A DNA stretch of 63,405 nt, the filler included, from Lenisia limosa (Eukaryota > Protista > Breviatea): the NCBI GenBank assembly GCA_001655205.1. It is 8 parts of 8 records of this genome, joined end to end, with 100 filler letters (N's around TTAATTAATTAA, not from the genome) between each part and the next. Parts side by side here need not be neighbours in the genome. Positions count along the whole stretch, not along the records: positions 1 to 19,568 come from LPNZ01005558.1; 7 more parts are not named here. One strand, given 5' to 3'. Below, one piece after another: positions 1-13,481 of this stretch. Made by a program: the position numbers and the translations under genes. The notes under the pieces are model-generated. The model saw only the letters and a program-made list of their open reading frames with translations. It made no database searches and was not told the origin of the DNA. Every line of letters starts with the position of its first letter. Within the stretch, counting starts at the first letter, position 1.

Positions 1-189
1 CATTGCTTTGCTTATTTGCAGTGTAAATGTTTTTTTTTGTATACATGTGATGTAAAGTATCGGCTTCGGCCAGATACAACCTTGATTTATTTCTCATCTC
101 TTTATCAAATAGTAGTAGCTACATACCATATCGACAATATAGTATACAACATATACTGTCTATATATAATATACTATATGATATGTAGT

Positions 190-2292
190 AGGTCCCCTCA
201 TCTCACTTGCTATTAATTTACCACCAAGATGGAGACATTGCTTGTATGGGAGACAATAGCAGTTCACAACTTGCTGGGGGGACGACGAGTGTTCATTCCA
301 ATATCGTCACGTGTACAACACTCCAAGGAATGGTCATCTCAAAGTTCCTGACTGGAAACGTTCATGCAGCTCTTATTGGTGTGTATCTCAAATGGCCATT
401 CCCACTCTTGCCCGAATATCAATATTATTATTATTTAAAGGATCCTTCCATTTATACATTCAGCGGATGGACAAATGTACACCTGGGGTTCTGGTTCGTA
501 TCACAGGTATCTTGGGATAATAGTCAATGATTGCCGAATTTTCGCATCCACATAATATTTTTGTATTCCTTATCCTCAACGCTCATTTTTAGTACAATGC
601 AACCAACCACAAGTGCAACAACTGTTCCTACCTTGGTAAGGGTCGTCATCATAATATCATTTGTTATATCATACTACATCCAATTAAACATATTGATTCT
701 GACAGTATTTTTATTAAACACTGAATTCTTCTTCTTTCCCTTGATTTATCAAGGTGGATGTTGGAGGTGGCGAAATAGAAAATCTTTTCGTAGGGCCCTA
801 CAGCACTATTGTCAAAAAAGGTCTGCTCAAACAGCATGGTGTGATTTAGGCAAATTCATTTAGAAAATAGTATGACCTCACCTCTTAGCTGATGGAGTAT
901 GGCTTGGTGCTGGCTACAATGCAAATAGTATTTTTAAAGGCCCTACCCCCGTAAACAACCAACCAAAAATGACGCTTGATGTATCCCTGCCTTCTGGCTC
1001 AGTGAGTGGCTTGCATCCTCCCTTGTTACATCTGTTTCATCTTTTTGCTATGATTCAATATCTAGCCTGGATTTTACGTTTTTAGTCAGGAAATGTGGTT
1101 GTATACGAATCCGCCAACTTAGGGGCTGTTATGGTCACAGGTTAGTATGTTTGTTTTATCTTGCCAAGTCTTTGTGGGCAGTTTTTGAAAACCCTTTGAT
1201 CTTGACTGTTTTGTGACTTCAAAAGTAGATATCACAAGTGTAGATCAAGGTGAAGTTTTCGCACATGCACTTTCAAGTACACCCCAGCAGTTCTGCGTTT
1301 CCTCAGCAATTTCCGATGCAACTGATGATTGGGTCAAGGTTTGTATTATTCAGAAATAATCCAATTTCATCAACGCGAAGTAAATATGATATTCATTTAA
1401 TCTAACATCACTTTGGTATCAAAATAGCCGCATTTTTTTCTTGAAAAGCAGTTAAGTGAAAGCCTCATCAATATTTGTTGAATTGTTGTGTCCTTGTTTT
1501 TTTTATTCCTGACCTATCCATTGTGGTTTTTCATTGCAATTAGGTCAATGACGCTGGTGGAATGCAAGGAACGGTCATTACAGCTGATTGTGTTCACAAC
1601 ATATGTGCCTTCACAACAGGTATATTCGGATAACTGTATCAAATTGATGTCTGATACGAATATTCTTAGTTGGAGAAATCCCACCTTTTTATATCATTTT
1701 ATTATAGCTCTGTGTCGTCGGATTCTATGGTAATTTGTTCAGGAAATGGAAAAGTTTTCACGTGCTCAAACTCTGCTGTCACCCATTTTTCTGGAACCGC
1801 TTCTGCCGATGGAATTCCGGTCTGTGGATCTGTTGCCTATTTACTAGGATATAAAATCATATTTACATCCTCTAAATTTCTTACCCCTACCCCTTCCCCA
1901 CAGGTTGACGTGACTGCAACAGTCAATTCAGGGTGCAGCGGATCATCAAGATCGCTTGTTGATGCAAACTACTACTCCATCAACTTCTTTGGGGGTGAGT
2001 TCTTGGCTAGAATGTAGGATATAACTCTGAAAACAAAGCTCACGATTCTAGATTGTCCCGGTGTTATCACTATCACAAGGACGAATGTCCATAGCATCTG
2101 TAAATCAAGTGGAAGCACATTTACTGTTGGCAGGGTTCACTCCGTTGCACATTATAGTCCCACCCTCTTTTTTTTTTTTTTTCTATCTTACCCACCCCCT
2201 TGCAGTTCTACACGCACCCAACGTTTACTGAGAGCTATAGCCATGTGACTGGAGCATTACGCCATTCAATCGCTCTCCAGCCGACTGTTTAG
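190..2292 (+). CDS. Multi-exon protein with RCC1/BLIP-II-like repeats in the N-terminal part; 5' end lies outside the window
   Basis: Exon translations HLLLIYHQDGDIACMGDNSSSQL and GQMYTWGSGSYHRYLG resemble the RCC1 repeat (H-x-x-x-L-x-x-D-G-x-V-Y-x-W-G-x-N-x-x-GQL). Downstream exons are Cys/Thr/Ser/Gly-rich. Last exon FYTHPTF...LQPTV* ends at TAG 2290-2292. Confidence 0.55.
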
Positions 2293-2521
2293 CCTCTTCT
2301 TTTCATATTATTTTAGTTTTTAGCCTCTTCGTTTCATATTATTTTAGTTTTATATATGATATTATTTTATCATAACTTTTGGATATCATAGCATCATTTT
2401 AGAGAAGAAGATAACCACCGAAGAGTGAAAACCATATCATATGATTTAAATATGATAGTACAAAGAAACAAGAAAGAAAACGGTCACACACCGGACATTG
2501 AACAAGGAAGGGGGAAGAACT

Positions 2522-5406
2522 TTACTGGGCACGACTGGCTCGGATTTCGGACGAAGAAATATCAAAACGGAAATTTTCCAGTGGGATGAACATTGATGAG
2601 AACTGCTTGGGAATGTCAATATGCTCGAGGGTCTTGAAATTTTGTCCATCAAGTCTGCCTGCCACCTGAATGGTGACATATCAAAGGTCATAGATGATAT
2701 CAAACCAAAAATATTGCAGCCATTTTTTAAAGAATTGGTATGTCGGTCAACCCACCACAAATTGGGTTCCATAAGACTGTAAGGCAGCCAGAGCAGCGTG
2801 TAGCCTAGGCGCAATGAGTGATAAAACATGCATGAATCAGGCCATATTCATCGGTAGTTTGCCCTCTCAAAGGCACCCCTTACTTGGTGGAAAATTTACG
2901 GGAAAGAATATCTACCTCTGCCCACCCAACGGATATCTACCCCTGCCCACCCAACGAATATCTACCCCCGCCCCCCTCTTACTTGTCAATTGATTTGTCA
3001 TAGTAGACAGGGTTAACTAAAGCGTATAAAATGAAATAAAGATGAAAGTATGGAATGACCACAGCTTGTCAACAAAGGATACAATAAAGCTTGTCAGCAA
3101 AGGATATTACAATAAAGCAAGAATGTCGTGATTGTGTTCAGCTTACCAATTCTCAGTGCTGTGTCATAACCAACAAGAAGAGTTGCATCCCTGAACAAAT
3201 GGGCTTTTTCAACAAACAGCGGTGCTCTTGTCATAACCACTGAAGGGGGCCTTGAGCATGCCTGCAATATGAGCACTTCAAAACGGCAACTGAATGACAT
3301 GATTTTTCCAAGCCAACATTGCAGCATTCGCCTAAAGCAGAGGCGCTGAACTGGTTCGTACGAGCCACCATAGTTTCGACTGAGAGAGGTGGCTTGTCAG
3401 CATTCACAACGGCTAACTCGTAGAAGAGCGGCCGGTCACACTGGCAAGAAGCTATAGGGTCAAAAGAATTCAAAACAGAGAGCAAAACAGGTCATTGCTT
3501 ACATGCTTGAGCTAGGCGAGTGTGTCCTTCATGAAGAGCTGTGAAGGTCAGAAGAGAAACTTGGATGTTCATAACATATTAGCAGCCCCTTTTAAACATA
3601 CGGTTGAAGGAACCTGGGTAAATAGTGGCACCATTTGGCCGATAGTCTGGCAAGAAAGCAAATGATGCTGGGAGAGCTGGAGGGGTTAAAAAAAAAGACT
3701 TCAGAAAAACTTTTAGTTGTAGTAATCCCCTCTCACGATTATCTGGCATTTCTGCAAGGAGTGCTGATGGGGACCTTGCGTCTATGGGATAGCATGGTAC
3801 GGCGGCAATGCATTGAATTGTCCCTTCAAGAAGGGAGGGGAAGTAGGACTGGGGGGAGGGGGTTGAATATGGAAATTCAATGGGCTGCATTCACCATGCT
3901 GAACAGGAGACATTATAACCCCAGAAATTACAGCCCGCAATACTCTAGCGTACAGTAAACTAGAGCAATATGAATAAATAAAACTGACAAACTTACTTTG
4001 AGAGGGTATTTCTGGATTTCAATTGTCTCTGAAGGAAGAAGGTTGGGTGTACCATACTCGATATTCATAGCAGTTCCTGGGTATAAGAAGTCATTCTACC
4101 CAGCAATAAAAAGATTTTCGGTTCGTTTACTTGATACAGATGAGTGGCTCCCATATTAATGAGAAATTGATTATGTTACATAAACCAAATGGGCTCACAG
4201 CGAGATTACTTCATATATTAGTGTGATCCAAATGATCGTTCCATCTCAAAACAAGAACAAGCGGTTCCTACCTAGAGCTTGCATGACCAAATGGCTTGCT
4301 ACTGTATCCTCTTCAAGACGTGTGCGGTGACCTGCAATGTATGAGTAACACCCAGCAATCAGAGCATATTTCAAAACCGTCACAGTTTCTCAAAGCCGTC
4401 GGAGTATACATATTATGTTGAATATCTCTAATGAATTTGACCAATCAATAACAAAGAAGCCGAAGAAAAACTGTTGAAAGCACACCCCAACCTTTCATCA
4501 GAGTCAGTGAGAAAGTTGTTACCCCGTCCGCTGTACAAACCGCGGCGTGAGCTCTGTGGTGCCCCTTAAATGTCACTTCAAAGGGCACTATGGATCTTTG
4601 GTGGCCAAAAACAAAAAAAAAACTGTAGAATTGTTTCAATGAACTGATGAAGTCTCATAAACCTTTTTGCTGGACGTAGTTGCTAAGGCTGCAGTCATTG
4701 CCACTCCAACAGTTGGCAAGCTCTGATCCTGTCCACTTTTCTGCCTTAAGTCCAGGGCACTGAACTGTGATGGCAAGTATAACACGATATAAAGGGCATT
4801 GATGATCTCGACTTAATCATAGTATTGTTGAAATACTATCAAAAAAGATTGGAAGGTCAACTAACGGAAGAGACACCATCTCCAACCGTTTGAAAGAAGC
4901 CACCGCAAGATCGTGGGCAGCCTTTCTTGAAGCAAATTGGCTTGGGATATGCCCACCTACACAATGACAAAGAAAACAAAACTAACAGGGAAAACTTAAG
5001 TCGATTCAATACTCCAAAACCCACCCAAAAACTCAGTGACTGTTTCTTGACTGTAAGGCACTCGGGCTTCCAGCACAGTTCGACTGGCCCCTGGGATGTT
5101 AGAATATCACCCGAAAATAATACCCTCTTAATTCTGCTACATGGAAAACCTCACAAAAACATCTTATTCAAACAATAACTTTCAAAAAAAAATAGAATTA
5201 TGATAGTAATGACCAACCAGGAACACCAAGAAGCCAGGAAATAGCTGCGACACCACCTCCAGTTACATTGAGAACAATCTAGAAGAGTGAAGGAAGGGTA
5301 GCACATGGCTTTCATATTGCATCCTAAATGTGACAATTCTTCTTACTTTACATCCTTTGGGACCCGTGTGCAAGCAGGAGACGAAGTCTATGACCTTTTC
5401 ATTCAT
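2522..5406 (-). CDS. CinA/PncC-like N-terminal domain fused to an HxGH nucleotidylyltransferase (NMNAT/cytidylyltransferase-like)
   Basis: Spliced exons: MNEKVIDFVSCLH; IVLNVTGGGVAAISWLLGVPGASRTVLEARVPYSQE; GHRTRLEEDTVASHLVMQAL; TIYPGSFNPLHEGH (HxGH); YELAVVNADKPPL; APLFVEKAHLFRDATLLVGYDTALRI; FVVGGRLDGQNFKTLEHIDIP...FRFDISSSEIRA*. This resembles the uncharacterised plant/protist/bacterial nucleotidylyl-transferase-superfamily proteins. Confidence 0.85.
2906..2975. repeat. 25-bp tandem repeat, about 3 units, intronic
   Basis: ATATCTACC(T/C)CTGCCCACCCAACG. Confidence 0.85.
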
Positions 5407-5716
5407 CTTTGACTGGTCTTTTGCAAAATCCTATCAAAGAAAGATGCAGATTAAATGTCTATTATCCTGCTATCTGATGTAACTTTGGACATTTTTGATT
5501 TTCACTTAAAGGAAATTTACAGCTGCGTACGGAGGCGCAGTATTTAAAAACCAAATTTGAAAAAAAAAACATTCTCTTTTACTTTATTTGCTCACACACT
5601 ATACGCAAAACTTCAATATATTTGTAAATATAAAAGAAGTAGCGGGATAAGTTCACTGTGGGAATAGATATCAGGGGAACCGCAGCACCTCTAAGCTTTG
5701 CTTTTGCGGTTTCAGC

Positions 5717-8700
5717 ATGACTACCATCGCTGATGAGTTCCTTGAGGATATGCTGGGGTCTGACTCCGACCTTGAGCAAGACAAAGCTCTTGATGAGGTT
5801 TGTAGTTTGCCTCTGACTCCCTTCATGGTTTACTTTCCTTTAGGCGGAAGAAGATGACATTTTTGGAGTCGATGCCTTGATTGCAGAAGATGATCTTGAC
5901 ATGGAGGTAGGTGCCTTCGTCACCTCTCTATTGATCCTTCACCTCTCAAGTTGAACCTTCCTAACAATTTAGGACAAGATTGATGATGCCAATGAAGAAG
6001 AGGAAGGTAAATTTTATGAAATTTATTTGAACGACGTTCATTCTTATTCTTATTTGTACCGATCACTGCACTCATGTTTATATTTTAAACTGTTTTCACA
6101 TTGTAGACACGCGATTGGTTGTTTCAGACAGACTCTTGAAGGTATCAAATGTAAGCTTTGGTGGCTTATTGGGAGAGAACCATTGTAGATAAGATTGCAA
6201 GAATTTCTTTGTTGCTCATCATGACTGACTTTCTAGAAAGTCAAATTGTATAACCGTGAAATGGAAGAGAATGGTCCAGGAGCTGTGACTGGTGCAAGGG
6301 TAGGGGGGGGGGGTCATAATTCTGAGGATTATTCATTTCTCTTATCTACTATNNNNNNNNNNNNNNNNNNNNNNNNNNNNNNNNNNNNNNNNNNNNNNNN
6401 NNNNNNNNNNNNNNNNNNNNNNNNNNNNNNNNNNNNNNNNNNNNNNNNNNNNNNNNNNNNNTTCCTTGGTTAACCCCACAACATTTTTTGTATTCTCTAT
6501 TTAGCATTATTTATACCCCAGGGAGAGCTGTACGATACCATTGTTGACGCAACCAAAGTCGTCCTGGAGATTGACAATGAGGTGAATGAGAGTTATTACC
6601 ACCCTTGATTATTCTTCCCTCTTTCTGACGTATTTAACTTTTTTTTTTTTTTTTTTTTTTTTNNNNNNNNNNNNNNNNNNNNNNNNNNNNNNNNNNNNNN
6701 NNNNNNNNNNNNNNNNNNNNNNNNNNNNNNNNNNNNNNNNNNNNNNNNNNNNNAACCATTTAACATTTCCGTTTTAACATCTGTACAACCTTGACCTTTC
6801 AGTTGTCGGTGTTGAATCGCAAGTTACGTGACGCATACGCAGCTAGATTCCCGGAACTTGACTCTGTAGGCACCATTGGGATTGCTATTGAGGGTACTGT
6901 GTTGTCTGTTAAACAACGCTGCAGGGAAATATTATTCGAAATGATATAATGAATGATTCAGTTTTTTATAGGCTGTGAAGCAGGTTGTTTTTTTATTGCC
7001 CCTTTTCTCTTCTGACATTTAAGGTTGTGAGTAACAGTATGGATTATGCCCGTGTTGTCCAAAGAATTGGTGCTGATAAGGTGAGCTACTGCCTGCTGTT
7101 GACCTTTGTTTTGAGCAATAGTTGAATCACAGCGAGTTTCTAACCTTGAAAGGATTTGACGCTTGTTGACCTCTCTGGTATTTTGCCTTCAGCTATGATT
7201 ATGGTTGTGTCGGTGATGGGGTAGGTTTGGGACATACTAGATGAGCTTGATATGTTATTTTCTTTTTCGTTCCTTTTATGTATTGTCATAGCGAAGGTTC
7301 ACGGTTCACTTGTGACATTGTAGATCAACAACTAAGGGTAACTGGCTTGAGGGAGATGAGTACGAAAACATTCATAAACTCACCAACGAGATGATTGAGC
7401 TTGATGAAAAGAAGACTGTAAGCTAATTTGGCTTTTGCTTTCCGATATTTTTTTTATTCTTTTTTTTTATTTTTTTATTCTTTTATTTTTTTTCCACCCA
7501 TGGAGCTTGTTTTGACTTGAGCCTGTGGATGTATATTTTATGTATTTAGCTTCTTCTTGACTTCACTGAGAGGAATATGGTTTCCATTGCACCCAATATG
7601 TGTAAGGTGAGCTTGGACTAAAATTTAATTATATTGTGTATTTCCAAGAGGTGGACTATTTCTTGGCAGAATCTTTCTTGCTGTGGTTTTTAATATTTTA
7701 CTTCAATCAATTACATGGTAGCCTCTCTTAATTGATTGGCCAATAAGCAGCCTGTTTGTTTCATTGCCTATTCAGGCCTAGGCTTTATTTATTTATTTTC
7801 TCATAAATTTTTCTCCCTCCCAATTTCCTTCGTTTTTCCATTCTTACCCACCCCCAGGTTGTTGGAGCCCCAGTCGCGGCTCAACTTCTTGGTGCTGCTG
7901 GAGGTGTCATTTCGCTCTCAAAACTTCCCTCTGGTGAGAGAAAATGATGTCTCCTGTTTGTTTTGTTTTTTTGAAAATATGTCGCTTTTTTATTATTTTT
8001 TTTTTGCTTATTGAACAAGTCCTATTTTTATCTGCCCATTTTCCTTACCTCTTCAAAGGCAACGTTCAGCTTCTTGGAACCCATCGCAAGTACCTGGGTG
8101 GTTTCTCACTCCTCAATGTTGATACTCGATCTGGATTCTTGGCTGGTAAGGAAAGGGGGATCTACTGATTAATCAACTCTATCTTCTGTGGATCCTCATC
8201 GTATAGGTTGCGAACTGTTAAAGAAAGCCCCCAAGAGCGACCACACCAAACTGGTCCGTGCCTTGGCGTGTAAGGTGACGTTAGCTGCTCGTTGTGATGC
8301 TACCTCCTCAAATCCAGATGGTGAGCGCAAATGGGATGCTTTTTTTTTTTTTTCCTCAAATGGAGGAAGGAGCTGTGTTCTTCAATGTTCTTTCAGTTAT
8401 GACTTTGAAGGTTCTGCTGGAGAGAAGCTCTATAATGAGGTTGTGGCAAAGTTGAACAGAATGCAAGAGCCGCCCCCGGCAAAGAAACCCAAGCCATTAC
8501 CAGTAAGCTCATTGATAAGCGGACTATTTGTTTGTATTGTGCCTTGAATATCTTAACTGTTTTAGGCCCCAATCACACAAGCTATGAGTAAGAAGAGAGG
8601 TGGAAGAAAGGTATGTGATCGTGTTTCTCTGTTTAGTAAAACCATTGACAAAAGTTCGTAATCAACAAGGCTTTTGATAGTGGTAACGAGTATAGATCCG

Positions 8701-9376
8701 CCGATTCAAGGACAAATACTTCGGAAAGACTGATCTCAGGAAGATGCAAAACAGAGTAAAGTTCGGAGAAGAGGAAGCTGAAGTGAGTGGAGGAACCTCT
8801 CGTTTTTTGCTTGTTCACAATCCTATATGATATGTCTACCTGCTCCTTCACATCACATTCTCATCCTCTTTAGGTTGGTTATATGGACGAAACTGTTGGA
8901 TTGGGTATGATCAACCAAGACAACAGCGGTGCTATTCGAATTGCGGCCATTGACCAAAACAAGGGTTGGACCAAGTTTTCAACGTAATTGTTATTTTAAA
9001 ATAACCAACACCCGCATTTTGCCACAAATATTAGTGTATTCACTTCGTTCAGCGACCGTGAAGAAGATGAGTATGAAAAAGTCGGACAAATCAGGTCTTG
9101 CCACCTCCGTGGCATTCACCCCTGCTGAGGTTTGTTGAGTCATTGTGGGTTTTGTAAAAATACACGTGTTGAAATAGGATCTAACTCCGTTTTAAGGGAA
9201 TTGAGCTGATTAACCCCAATGCCCACAAGCAAATGGACGCAAACGATGGTACTTCGACTTATTTCAGGTTAGATGAAATTCAAAATACAAAAAAAAAACA
9301 ATACAATAATATTCCTAAAGCTTAATGCAGTTTCAATGATATTCCCGAAAAAAAGGAATATATTGACCAAATCTAA
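5717..9376 (+). CDS. PRPF31: U4/U6 snRNP protein Prp31 (Nop domain)
   Basis: MTTIADEFLEDML; LRDAYAARFPELDS; MDYARVVQRIG; VGAPVAAQLLGAAGGVISLSKLPSGNVQLLG; KLVRALACKVTLAARCD; MQEPPPAKKPKPLP; KKRGGRK; SGLATSVAFTPAEGIELINP. Many short GT-AG introns and two N-gaps. Confidence 0.95.
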
Positions 9377-9894
9377 ATAAAGTCTCAATATTAATTTGTC
9401 CACCAAGTCTGTCATTTAGTATGATATTATCAACATGTTTTGGATACAATTGTAATCATATATATTTGGTGATGGCATGGGATGGGAAGCCATCTTTTCA
9501 TTTCTACTTTTTTTATATCTTAATTTTGTTTTGAAATCATCGTTGTAGTTCGACGGGAGCGTTCTCCATGCTTCGTTAGCCGTATTTGTTTTTGGAATGA
9601 AGTCTTCTCTTTTCAACTATCCTCTATTCTGTTGTGTCATCATTGAGCATAGAACTGTTGATTGGGTCGGGGAGTCCGGTTAAAAGACTAAAAAAAAACA
9701 GCAAAAAACCTAAACTGCAAACAGATTCAAGTGGAAGAGAAGCAGAGAAGAGAGTCCAGCAAGAGGTGATCGCAAAATCGCCAGAGTTATTTCTTTCTTT
9801 TTTCAATCATCAAAAGCAAAAAATCAAAGATAAAAACAGATTTATAATAAAAACCAAGCAATTTTAGAGGCAAGAAGTAAGAAGAAGAGCCACC

Positions 9895-11585
9895 ATGAGC
9901 AATGCAGCTCTTTGGAACGAAGGTAAGCAGGTCCCTCCCATGGCTGCTAGATATGGAAATCATCTTAAAACATCAAAGAATGGAAATATTCAGGACTTTG
10001 CTTGTTACCTCTAAGGTTCCCTACAACTCTGATCATTCGTAGGCAAACAACGATGTCGGCAGTTGGAGCTTTCTATTGAATCTGACTTGCTTTCATTCTC
10101 GAAACAAACACGAGAACTCTCAATTTCAAATGGTTTGCAAGGATTCTTTTTCCCTTTATTTGAAAGAAAAAAAACATAGAAGCGTTTTCTCAGATTTCAA
10201 TTTTAATGGTTTTACTGTTGGCTCCCCTTTAGAGATGGACGAGGATTCAAACATTCGCGAGCTTCATGATAAACTCACTGTTGAACTTCCAATTGTAAGC
10301 TTGTTCATGTATTGTACTGTAAAAAGGTATTCGTCAATACTCATTTCTCGAATAGTTTGTTGCAATATAGATTAGTTAAACCTTTCATAAGAGCTCCTGT
10401 GCTTTTTGAATGACACCACAGCTGGAGTCAGCAGCTAGTGATCTTGCATCCCTTGTTGACAACCCCAATGGTCCTCGACAGCACATTGTCCTTCGTCAGC
10501 ATGATGTTGTGGACCAGTTTCAAAAGGATTTCAAGCAATCTTGTGTAGGAATGGGAAAACTCTCACGATTTACCAGTCATTTATAAATGTTGTGGACCTT
10601 AACAAAGTGGTATGTGTGAAATATGAGCAATTTTTCTGGGCTCTCTCTTCCCCCCGTTGGTATATCTGAATTTCCCAAACACACATTATGTTTATTACAT
10701 GTACACTGACCGGGATAAGTCTTGACCGATTTGCTATGTAATTTCCCAAGAAAATTAGGTCAAGACTTATCCCAGTCACTTTATATATTGATATATGACA
10801 GATATACTATATTACTTATTAACTCCAACAAACAGGCATTCTTTGCTTGCTTTGTGGATGCTCATTTCTTTATAGAATCGTCTTCGTGAATTTGAAGCAT
10901 ATTCTCAACTCATGGCCGGATCAAAGCAGTTAAGGGAGGAATATTATAATTCTGTTCTTTTGTAACATATCAAAACAAAACACCTTATTTTGTGGTAATA
11001 TGGACATCTTGGGTTAAAATACTGACCTTTCAGGAGGGAAGCCATTTCGTACTCAGAAGACCTTTTAGCAGAAAGGAATGCAATTGAAGAGAGTGATCGC
11101 TTGATCAATGAACTATTGAAGTTCGTGGGGAATTCTGGATTGCTACTTCTCCATTTGAACCGCGTCAAATTGAAAAGCTCTGAAATGAAAGAAACCTCCT
11201 CTCATTCATGTAGCCATGCGGTCGACACACAGGACCGATTAGAAGGACAACGAAGAACATTCCATTCTATATCAACACGACTGTCCGATCTCACAAGTTT
11301 GAGGGGGTTACAAGAGTAGAACTAGAGAATGATCCTCAAATTTGAATATGCCATTTCACCCCAGCTCCATTAAGTATCAATCATATTACTGTTTTCATAC
11401 TGTATGGCTTACTTCTATCCCCATTCCTCTCAACTTTTTAAATTGACTTACAAACAGAAAAACTACCTGGAATCGACAGTTTGATGAAACGAATAAAGCA
11501 CAAAAAAAGGATGAACTCCTTCATTTTTGGCACCTTCTTCGCTCTTGTTCTGATGTTCTTTATTTATTATTTTGTGTTGATGTAG
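9895..11585 (+). CDS. GOS1: Golgi SNARE Gos1/GS28-like
   Basis: RQHIVLRQHDVVDQFQKDF; EDLLAERNAIEESDRLINELL; TQDRLEGQRRTFHSISTRLSDL; last exon KLPGIDSLMKRIKHKKRMNSFIFGTFFALVLMFFIYYFVLM* (Qb-SNARE motif plus C-terminal TM anchor). Confidence 0.8.
10702..10783. mobile_element. MITE family B copy in a Gos1 intron
   Basis: TA|CACTGACCGGGATAAGTCTTGACC...GGTCAAGACTTATCCCAGTCACTT|TA. Confidence 0.82.
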
Positions 11586-11873
11586 ATTTACCAAAAATGA
11601 ATCAAGAATTTTGTGACTGTTATTTTATACCTTTTGTTTTACATGACGATGCCCAGCAAAGAGGAAGGTGTTGCAAGAACTAAAGCCTTTTCACGTTGCA
11701 GTCAAGTTACAGAGTTGTAGTGATTTATCTTCCTATTTGCAGCCCATAGAATTATCAATTGGAACCATGAATGCCCAACTATATTTTATCAAAACCAAGC
11801 TTTTACCGGAGATAAATAGCATATTATACACATAAGAAAAAAACAGGCAATCCTGACGCAACACGCATCAAAA

Positions 11874-12930
<1,057 letters not shown>

Positions 12931-12984
12931 CTTAGTTCAATAGAATCAATTGAGCCTTCAAAAAAATCTGAAAAAGGTTAAATA

Positions 12985-13035
12985 GTAGTTCAGTTCACAG
13001 TTCAGTTCCAAGAGAAATTTCGATATATTTCGAAA
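12985..13035 (-). promoter_or_regulatory. Putative core-promoter GAACT cluster upstream of ras
   Basis: Sense strand TTTCGAAAT...GGAACTGAACTGTGAACTGAACT about 55-80 nt before the ATG; same motif set upstream of ppdK. Confidence 0.5.
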
Positions 13036-13481
13036 TATGAAAATGAGAATTTGACCAAGAGATGTTTAGGAGCTAACAATGCTTAACTATAACAGATTAA
13101 TAAAGATAAAACAGAAAATGAAAACAGAATGCTGCATGACCACTTCAAATAAGACGCCCTCATACCTGTAATAGGTTTACACAGTCCCTTCAATGCTCAC
13201 AATAATGATAGCGATAATATAAGAAGCTTTTTTGATTTAGTTTTGCTTAATTTTAGAAAAATGAAAGACTACGACCGGTCATACTTTTAAGCCAACCCCC
13301 TCGGGCGTAGGGCCAATCAGCAGAAATCAAACTTGAGACCTCTTATGCTGACACTTTTATTTTTATCCTTTCCTCCAACTATAGCCACTCTAAACCTCTA
13401 AAACTAACTACAAATCATGTTCCAACACAGTATTATCCAGTAATAATTGTACATTAAGCAAATGAGAGAGGAGACACTCTT

